Assembly: GCA_038833255.1 (NCBI GenBank)
Contig: JAWBIX010000001.1
Location: 1 to 32,000, forward strand
Direction: 5' to 3'
DNA length: 32,000 nucleotides
Origin: Nanopusillaceae archaeon
Lineage (GTDB): Archaea; Nanobdellota; Nanobdellia; Nanobdellales; Nanobdellaceae
The notes beneath the pieces are model-generated. The model searched no databases, was not told where the DNA came from, and saw only the letters and a program-made list of their open reading frames with translations. Shown one piece after another: positions 25,756 through 32,000 of the stretch; the stretch's first letter is position 1, and each line of letters starts with the position of its first letter. Made by a program: the position numbers and the translations under genes.

Positions 25756-26690
25756 TATTTAAATATTTTGTTTTGTTTTATAAAATTTATAATTTCTTCT
25801 TTAAGAGTTTCTGAGTCTTTATAATATGGAAGATTGTATTTTTTAGATATTTCTTCAAAAATCTTTCTTTCTTTTTCAGAAAATAAATCTGCTTTTGAAA
25901 AATATAAATAAGTTTTTGCTTTAAATAGCTTCAAAATTCTTCTTAAAACGTTTTCTTGTTCTTCAATTTTATAACCACATGTTTCTGTAACATCAATTAC
26001 AAAGACTATTATATTTGCTAGATATTTTAACGCTAATATTGCTCTTTTTTCTATTTCATTCATCTTAGTAATTTCTCTATCTAAAATTCCCGGAACATCC
26101 AAAACTTGAATATCGGAATACGGAGTTTTTATGTATCCTATCATTATATCTTTGGTTGTAAATGGATAATTGCTTATTTCTGGCTCAGAACCAGTTAATT
26201 TTTTTAATAGAGTACTTTTTCCAACATTTGGTAATCCAGTAATAACAACTGTTGGCAAATCTTTTATTCTTGGCATGTTTCTATAAAATTCTTTAATTGC
26301 TTCTACAATATTGAAATATTTTTTGTTTCTTTTTAATAAACTAAATACTCTTCCGTAAAATTCTTTATTTAATTTTTTAATGTCTTCTTTATTTTTATAT
26401 ACTTTTACTTTTAACTTGTAATCTCTATAAAATTCATTAATTTTTTTTCTTATGAAAATTAATCTTCTTTTTGCCTCAAAAACTTTTTCAATAGGAATAT
26501 ATAGATCTAAAAGCTCTAAATAAAATTTATTTGTATTTTTTTTCGGAAATAGATTAATTAACTCTAAAATTTTATAATCTAAATAATCTCTTAAAGAATC
26601 ATACCTCCTTAAAGATTGAATTTTATAATTTTTATCTTTTATTTTTTTGATACGATTTATTGCTCCATTTAAGATATCATCTATAATCAT
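25755..26690 (-). CDS. NOG1-type GTP-binding protein (ribosome-biogenesis GTPase family)
   Basis: 311 aa. P-loop GLPNVGKSTLL, YPFTTKDIMIGY (G2), LDVPGILDR (G3), FSKADL (G4-like). Has an N-terminal helical NOG1-like region. Confidence 0.75.
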   Translation of the reverse strand: MIIDDILNGAINRIKKIKDKNYKIQSLRRYDSLRDYLDYKILELINLFPKKNTNKFYLELLDLYIPIEKVFEAKRRLIFIRKKINEFYRDYKLKVKVYKNKEDIKKLNKEFYGRVFSLLKRNKKYFNIVEAIKEFYRNMPRIKDLPTVVITGLPNVGKSTLLKKLTGSEPEISNYPFTTKDIMIGYIKTPYSDIQVLDVPGILDREITKMNEIEKRAILALKYLANIIVFVIDVTETCGYKIEEQENVLRRILKLFKAKTYLYFSKADLFSEKERKIFEEISKKYNLPYYKDSETLKEEIINFIKQNKIFK

Positions 26691-26706
26691 AAAAAAATAA
26701 AAAAAA

Positions 26707-27162
26707 TTAATCCAAATTTATTTTCTTTCCTCCAGACGGAATTCTTTCTATTTCAATCCTTAATATTCCGTTTTCGTACTTTGCTTTAATTTTATCTGTA
26801 TCTGCATCCGGAGGAAGCGGAATTACTTTTCTAAAACCGGAATAATATCTCTTGCTAATATAAAATCCTTCTTCTTTTCTTTCTTCTTTAGCCTTTTTTC
26901 TGACAGATATTATTAAATGACTATCTCTTACTTCTATATCTATATCCTTTTTATCAACACCCGGCAATCCAATTTCTATTATATATCTATCTTCATCTTC
27001 AATTAAATTATATTCTCCTAAAAATTCTGGATATCCCTCATACCAAAAATCTTTGAATCCTTTTCTAAATATATCAAACATCCTAAATATTTGCATATCT
27101 ATATAATCAAATATATCGTCTATATCCCATCTTCTTCTTTTTCTTCCAACAAACCAAACCAT
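26707..27162 (-). CDS. Small heat-shock protein (Hsp20/alpha-crystallin family)
   Basis: 151 aa. alpha-crystallin domain: IEIGLPGVDKKDIDIEV.DSHLIISV......F.K.IPLP.DAD.DKIKAKYENGILRIEI. Confidence 0.9.
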   Translation of the reverse strand: MVWFVGRKRRRWDIDDIFDYIDMQIFRMFDIFRKGFKDFWYEGYPEFLGEYNLIEDEDRYIIEIGLPGVDKKDIDIEVRDSHLIISVRKKAKEERKEEGFYISKRYYSGFRKVIPLPPDADTDKIKAKYENGILRIEIERIPSGGKKINLD

Positions 27163-27193
27163 ACTTTATAAATAATTTTTACATTTAAAAAGT
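27163..27193. promoter_or_regulatory. 31-nt bidirectional promoter spacer with two inverted TATA elements (Hsp20 / AMMECR1)
   Basis: The spacer is ACTTTATAAA-N11-TTTAAAAAGT, an imperfect inverted repeat (9/10). TTTATAAA at 27165-27172 is -29..-22 from the plus ATG (27194). CTTTTTAAA (minus, 27192-27184) is -30..-22 from the minus ATG (27162). Confidence 0.45.
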
Positions 27194-27790
27194 ATGTATA
27201 GTTTAGAAGATGGAAAAATATTTGTTAAAACTGCTAGAAAAGTAATCGAAAATTATTTAAAAACTGGAAAAACTATATTTCCAGAAGAAATAAAAAAATA
27301 TAGTGAAAAAAGAGGCATATTTACTACTATAAAAAAATATAAAAATAATGAACTGAGAGGATGTATCGGTTTCCCTTATCCTATATATCCTTTATGGAAA
27401 GCTTTAGTTTTATCTGCTATTTCTGCAGCTACAGAAGATCCAAGATTTGAACCTCTAAAATTAGAAGAATTAAAAGAAGTAATAATAGAAATTAACATTT
27501 TAAGTGAACCTGAATTAATTAAAGTAGATAATCCTGAAGATTATGTAAAAAATATAAAAATTGGAAGAGATGGATTAATAGTTAAATATGGAATATTTAG
27601 TGGATTATTATTACCGGAAGTTCCAGTTGAAGAAAAATGGAATGAAATTGAATTTCTTAATTATACTTGTATAAAAGCTGGTTTACCTCCAAATGCTTGG
27701 CTAACTATGCCAGTAAAAATATATAAATTTACTTCACAAATATTTAGGGAAAAATCTCCAGATGGAGAAATAGAAGAAGTAATATTATAG
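27194..27790 (+). CDS. AMMECR1-domain protein
   Basis: 198 aa. LRGCIGFPYP..PL......SAISAATEDPRF.PL...EL is the AMMECR1 signature. Confidence 0.88.
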   Translation: MYSLEDGKIFVKTARKVIENYLKTGKTIFPEEIKKYSEKRGIFTTIKKYKNNELRGCIGFPYPIYPLWKALVLSAISAATEDPRFEPLKLEELKEVIIEINILSEPELIKVDNPEDYVKNIKIGRDGLIVKYGIFSGLLLPEVPVEEKWNEIEFLNYTCIKAGLPPNAWLTMPVKIYKFTSQIFREKSPDGEIEEVIL

Positions 27791-28657
27791 ATAAGATATT
27801 ATAGATGCGTAACCAACTACAAAATCTTCTTCTCCAGTTTTTTCTCCAGAATTATAATATTTCAAAAGCTCTACTTTCCCATTTTTAAGTCTAGTATATT
27901 CTATAAATACAAGTATTGGTGAATATCCACAAACTGTTCCTTTATTTTCATAAATCATTTTTAAAAATCCTTCAGAATCTAAAGAAATAATTTTTTCTAT
28001 ATATTTCATATCTAGCTTTCTAACATTTTCAGAAATATTTTCTTTAAAAATGTAGTAATCATAATATTTGCCATGATGCGTAAAATCTGAAGATACTAAA
28101 ACAAATATTTTTCTATTAAGTTTTTTAGCTATATCATCCAAAATCTTAACAAATTTTCTTATTCTATCTAAATTTTCATCCCTAACAACTATTGGAACTA
28201 TTTTAAAATTTTCCTTAAAAAAATATTGTAAAAAAGGTAATTGAACTTCTATAGAATGCTCATATAAATGGGCTAATTCATCTTCAAAAATATCAAAAGT
28301 ATTTATAAGTTCTTTACCAAATTCTTTATCCGTTTTAACAATTCCTAAAGGAGTTTCCCAATTCATACTAACTAAAAGTGAATATTCATTGCCATAACCA
28401 GTATGATTTGTTCCTATTATAACTATTGTATCAAAATCCCAATTTTCATATAATTCTTTATATAAAAATGCAGCCGCAGGACCAGAATAAATATATCCTG
28501 CATGTGGTACTATTCCTGCAATTAATTTTTTTGTTTTCTTTATCTCTTTAGGAAAAATCTTTGGACCAAAAGGATCTAAAAAACAATTTTCAATTTCTTT
28601 TTCTAAAATATTTTTATTAAAAGAATAAAAACCTTTAGCAATTGCCTTTCGTATCAT
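27785..28657 (-). CDS. MEMO1-family protein (UPF0103; AmmeMemoRadiSam system protein B)
   Basis: 290 aa. AGIVPHAGYIYSGPAAA, IGTNH, EHSIEVQLPFLQ, SSDFTHHG motifs. Its ATG overlaps the S7 stop codon (ATGA). Confidence 0.85.
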   Translation of the reverse strand: MIRKAIAKGFYSFNKNILEKEIENCFLDPFGPKIFPKEIKKTKKLIAGIVPHAGYIYSGPAAAFLYKELYENWDFDTIVIIGTNHTGYGNEYSLLVSMNWETPLGIVKTDKEFGKELINTFDIFEDELAHLYEHSIEVQLPFLQYFFKENFKIVPIVVRDENLDRIRKFVKILDDIAKKLNRKIFVLVSSDFTHHGKYYDYYIFKENISENVRKLDMKYIEKIISLDSEGFLKMIYENKGTVCGYSPILVFIEYTRLKNGKVELLKYYNSGEKTGEEDFVVGYASIISYL

Positions 28658-29256
28658 CTAGAAGAAGATGCCAATCTTTCTAATTCTAATTTTTTACTTA
28701 TTGCAAAAGATTCTACTGAATTCTTATATGCTGCAATTATTTCTTTAGCTAAAGCTTCATACATTTTACCCTTATTTCTTGATCTATGATAGGCTCCCTG
28801 TACAATAAATCTTATTGCTAAATCTACTCTTCTTTTAGGAGAAATATCTACTGCTTTGGGATATCTAGCACCACCCATTTCTATGGTTGTTATTTCTTCT
28901 CTTGGAGCAGCATTTTCTATAGCTTTTACTAAAACTTTTATTGGATTTTGTTTAGTTTCTTTTTCTATAATTTCAAAAGCTTTTAAAACTATTTTTAAGC
29001 ATTTATAATATTTCCCAGAAGCTCTATAAGATGTAAATTTATGCTTCTTTCCCATATGTCCTGGCGTCATTAATCTTCCTATCAATCTTTCTATTATTGG
29101 TATATTAAAAGATCCAAATCTCTTTTTTTGATATCTCCCACATGTTTTTGGAACTATATATGGTTTTACATTTATTGCTTGCTTTAAACTTTCATCTTCA
29201 ACATTTACATCATACTTCCACCTTCCAAAAAACATGATGTCTTTCAAATCTAGCAT
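28654..29256 (-). CDS. rps7: 30S ribosomal protein S7 (uS7)
   Basis: 200 aa. ..IERLIGRLM.PGH.GKK........I..AFEIIE..T.QNPI.VLV.AIENAAPREE......GGARYP.AVD.SP.RRVDLA.R. Confidence 0.9.
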   Translation of the reverse strand: MLDLKDIMFFGRWKYDVNVEDESLKQAINVKPYIVPKTCGRYQKKRFGSFNIPIIERLIGRLMTPGHMGKKHKFTSYRASGKYYKCLKIVLKAFEIIEKETKQNPIKVLVKAIENAAPREEITTIEMGGARYPKAVDISPKRRVDLAIRFIVQGAYHRSRNKGKMYEALAKEIIAAYKNSVESFAISKKLELERLASSSR

Positions 29257-29298
29257 CTACAAAAATTAATTTATAAAAAATTTAAAAATTATTTTAGC

Positions 29299-30066
29299 CT
29301 ATCTTGTAGCCTTAATTACTGTTGGCAATATTGCTAGTATAAATAAAGCTACAAAACCATATGCAAATATGTTCAATATATTTTCTGGTATATATACCCT
29401 GAAAATTGCGCTAATTGCAACTATTACAAATAATGAATATAAGAAATACATCATATATGGTTTTAGATCTTCTGCTTTTCCTATCTTAGAAAATATTAAA
29501 TCACTTACAATAACACCAAAGGACATTACAACAAATCCTAATAATAAATCTTGAAATACTGTATATTGAAGTCCTAAAATTTGTAATGCAAAAGATATGA
29601 CTGTCCATAACAAACCAATTCCTAAAACCATTTTTACTAAAACTGCAATATCTTCTCTATATCTTACTACAAACTTTTCTACATATTCAATGAACCAGAC
29701 AACAAACAAAAGACCAGCAGTTATAAAGGCTAAAGCTATTACTACGTTTACAACATATCCAACACCTTCAACTAGCAACTGCCACAATCCTCCAATTGTT
29801 GGTAACTTGGCTAATCCTAATTGCAAGAATAATAAAAATATTATTGCTCCTATAAACAATCCCATCAAATCTGAGAAATCTAATCCTACTGCTCTTAATT
29901 CTTTTCCTAAACCTGTTTTATCTAATGCTTTTTCTACTGTTCTATCAAAGATTAGATTTACTAACTTTCCAACTATAAACGCTAATATTGCTCCTATTAC
30001 TACTAAAAAAACAAACTGTGCAACCGGTTGCAAAAGAGATATATTAAATACTTCTACTTCTTCCAT
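29299..30066 (-). CDS. Polytopic membrane protein with repeated conserved-TM-helix-like modules (mechanosensitive-channel N-terminal-like); function unknown
   Basis: 255 aa with about 6 TM segments. The repeating pattern is a hydrophobic helix followed by a short charged linker (e.g. VVIGAILAFIVGKLVNLIFDRTVEKALDKTGLG). It sits between rps12 and rps7. Confidence 0.45.
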   Translation of the reverse strand: MEEVEVFNISLLQPVAQFVFLVVIGAILAFIVGKLVNLIFDRTVEKALDKTGLGKELRAVGLDFSDLMGLFIGAIIFLLFLQLGLAKLPTIGGLWQLLVEGVGYVVNVVIALAFITAGLLFVVWFIEYVEKFVVRYREDIAVLVKMVLGIGLLWTVISFALQILGLQYTVFQDLLLGFVVMSFGVIVSDLIFSKIGKAEDLKPYMMYFLYSLFVIVAISAIFRVYIPENILNIFAYGFVALFILAILPTVIKATR

Positions 30067-30141
30067 TTAATATTAATTAAAATAAAATTTTTATTTTCTA
30101 TGCAAATATTTTACTATAAATAAGTAAGTATTTAAAAAAGG

Positions 30142-30570
30142 TTATCTTCTAGCTTTTTCTATCTTACCTAATCTTAACAATTCTAAAGGTTGACCATTAA
30201 CTAAAACTACTTTATATCTTACTCCTGGTATAGAACCTATTGTTCTCCCTTTAGGACCTCCAATACCAACTATCAATACTTCATCGTGTTCATCAATATA
30301 TTTAATAGCTTTATCTCCTGGAGCAAACGCTGTAACAATTTTTCCATTCTTTTTTAATTGAACTTTTACACATTTTATCATTCCTGAATACGGTTGTCTC
30401 TTTTCTATTTGAACCTTTTCTAATACTATTCCAGATGCCATTGGGGCTCCTTCCAACGGATCATATTTTTCTTTTAATCTAAGTTTTCTTCTTTTCCATT
30501 CCTTTTTACTCCACCTAAACTGTTTTCTTTTTATTCTTAGCTTTTTTGCAGCAAACAAACCATTAGCCAT
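30142..30570 (-). CDS. rps12: 30S ribosomal protein S12 (uS12)
   Basis: 142 aa. ..DPLEGAP.A.GIVLEKV..E.RQP.SG..KCV.VQL.KNGK..TAF.PGD......[27 protein letters not shown]. Confidence 0.93.
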   Translation of the reverse strand: MANGLFAAKKLRIKRKQFRWSKKEWKRRKLRLKEKYDPLEGAPMASGIVLEKVQIEKRQPYSGMIKCVKVQLKKNGKIVTAFAPGDKAIKYIDEHDEVLIVGIGGPKGRTIGSIPGVRYKVVLVNGQPLELLRLGKIEKARR

Positions 30571-30830
30571 TATTTTAATATACTTACAACAGAAATTTTA
30601 AATGGCTTTTTTAATATAACTCTTAATTCTTCGTTCGTTAGATCTAACTTTTTAATTTCAATATTAGAAAGTTTAGAATAATATTCTATATCTTCTACTA
30701 TTTCTTTAGGAGTATTACTAGCTATATAAACTTTAGATATTTTGCCCAATTTTAGATATTTTAAAGTTCTCTTAGTACCTAATATTATTTTATCTTTATC
30801 ATAATTTCTCAATTCATCAACTATGTTCAT
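30570..30830 (-). CDS. rpl30e: 50S ribosomal protein L30e (eL30)
   Basis: 86 aa. ..[44 protein letters not shown]......N.EL......KPF..SV..I matches the L30e/L7Ae-fold pattern. Its position between rpoA'' and rps12 is the conserved archaeal one. Confidence 0.75.
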   Translation of the reverse strand: MNIVDELRNYDKDKIILGTKRTLKYLKLGKISKVYIASNTPKEIVEDIEYYSKLSNIEIKKLDLTNEELRVILKKPFKISVVSILK

Positions 30831-30854
30831 TTATTTAAAATATTGAGATTAAAT

Positions 30855-31964
30855 TTATTTTTCTTTCTTTTTATAATATACTTCGAATAATCCCGTACCT
30901 AATGTTATTATTTGGTTTATTAACAAATTATCTATTGCGGATGTAAAAGTATCCTCTGCCCCAAGAATTGCTGCAATTATAAAGTTTTGTATAGGAATTT
31001 CAAAAGCTGCTTTAGATAGCGTACTTGTTTTTTCTGCAGTAATACCATATCTTGTTATTCCTAAAAATTCTCCATACCATGTGAGAACATCTGCTACTAA
31101 AGAAAAATGTCTATAATCCACTCTAAGACCATAAGTTTCAAATATTTTAATCATTTCATCCAAAATTACTCTTCTAGCTGCCTCAATACCTAAAACTTTT
31201 GCTATTTCATGTATATCATTTGTATAAACTCTTCGATAATCTACTTCAGGAATTCTCATAATTTCTAAAAGATTAGATCCAACTGTATATATAACATACT
31301 CGTTTCCTTCTCTTTTTGTTATTGCTTCTTTTATTCCTTTAATTCCAGATATGTGTATTTTCTTTATATTTTCTTTTAGTACATATAATTCTCTTGGTTT
31401 TAATCCAGATGCTGTAATTTCAATTCTATTTTTTTCTTTTTCTACTTTATATTTCTTTAATCTTTTCTTTAAAATATTAAAAACTGTTTGTGAGTCTAAA
31501 TTGTATTCTTCAAGAGCATTTTCATCTAAATTTATAACTATTTTGCTACTTAATATATCGAATTCTAGACTCTTCATAATGTCTTCAACTTTTATTTCAA
31601 CAATTTTTCTAACTACTCTTTTTGCTACTTCTAAATTATCTTTGTATTCGTCTAGAAGATGTATTTTCATATATTTGTTCTTTATTCTCTTTCTAGCATC
31701 CATTATCTCCAATAATCTTGGTAAACCTAGGGCTATTTGAAATTCTCTCATACCTACATAGTGAAATGATCTTAAGATTAGTTGTGTTGTTGGTTCAGAA
31801 ATAGATTGTGCTGCTACCAATCCTACAGGCTCTCCGACATCTACTAATTTTTTTAAATATACTTCTTTTAAATTTTCAAAAAATTTTTCCTTCAATTCTT
31901 TAGGTAAATCTTTACTTACTTCTTCTGCTTCTTCTTTTAGTTTTTTCGGAAGATCTATGTCCAT
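30855..31964 (-). CDS. rpoA2: DNA-directed RNA polymerase subunit A'' (Rpo1C)
   Basis: 369 aa. [24 protein letters not shown] motif and C-terminal ..DYRH..LVAD.MT..G....ITR.G.......L..AAFE. Confidence 0.92.
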   Translation of the reverse strand: MDIDLPKKLKEEAEEVSKDLPKELKEKFFENLKEVYLKKLVDVGEPVGLVAAQSISEPTTQLILRSFHYVGMREFQIALGLPRLLEIMDARKRIKNKYMKIHLLDEYKDNLEVAKRVVRKIVEIKVEDIMKSLEFDILSSKIVINLDENALEEYNLDSQTVFNILKKRLKKYKVEKEKNRIEITASGLKPRELYVLKENIKKIHISGIKGIKEAITKREGNEYVIYTVGSNLLEIMRIPEVDYRRVYTNDIHEIAKVLGIEAARRVILDEMIKIFETYGLRVDYRHFSLVADVLTWYGEFLGITRYGITAEKTSTLSKAAFEIPIQNFIIAAILGAEDTFTSAIDNLLINQIITLGTGLFEVYYKKKEK

Positions 31965-32000
31965 CTGTATTATTATTTTTATTTTGGCCTTTTAAATTTT

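Noticed and set aside
29369-31740. Plus-strand ORFs 29369-29554, 29597-30070 and 31351-31740
   Set aside because: They are antisense to the membrane protein and to rpoA''. The 157-aa one is Thr/Asn/Pro/Ser-rich low complexity, mirroring the hydrophobic protein on the other strand.
31965-32000. Possible last codons of rpoA' (…KFKRPK*) upstream of rpoA'' at the right edge
   Set aside because: Only about 7 codons are visible, which is not enough to support a feature call even though the position fits the conserved rpoA'-rpoA'' order.

Overview
Very AT-rich, tightly packed archaeal chromosome segment with about 45 protein genes and 2 tRNAs. Neighbouring genes often overlap by 1-19 nt, including several ATGA stop/start couplings. 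Most genes are information-processing or housekeeping: GatD/GatE, ribosomal proteins L11-L1-L10(P0), S12, S7 and L30e, RNA polymerase subunit A'', SecE-Spt5, FtsZ, an archaeal histone, TruA, MetAP, a XerA-like recombinase, a class II ribonucleotide reductase, a NOG1-type GTPase, Hsp20 and peroxiredoxin. The AMMECR1/MEMO pair is also present. In addition there is an envelope cluster (processive GT2 synthase, GT-C transferase, thioredoxin-like membrane protein) and the 5' part of an S-layer-like gene at the left edge. The two tRNAs have almost all-G:C stems against the AT-rich background, which suggests a thermophile. Scrambled ribosomal operons, a stand-alone helicase C-terminal module and extreme compaction suggest a reduced DPANN/Nanoarchaeota-like genome; this is inference, not proven. 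The most unusual element is a ~110-nt GC-rich non-coding island at 20966-21074. On the minus strand it folds as a textbook single-hairpin H/ACA guide RNA (lower stem, pocket, upper stem, K-loop, ACA), followed by a C/D-like K-loop module and a T6 tract. Other points worth a second look are apparent leaderless promoters with TATA boxes at -30..-23 from the ATG (including back-to-back promoters in 31-33 nt spacers), a tRNA starting 1 nt after a stop codon, a 53-codon membrane micro-ORF wedged into the L11-L1 operon, a membrane protein between S12 and S7, and an orphan EncFtn-like mini-ferritin with no shell gene or targeting peptide. No CRISPR array, rRNA or clear mobile element was seen.
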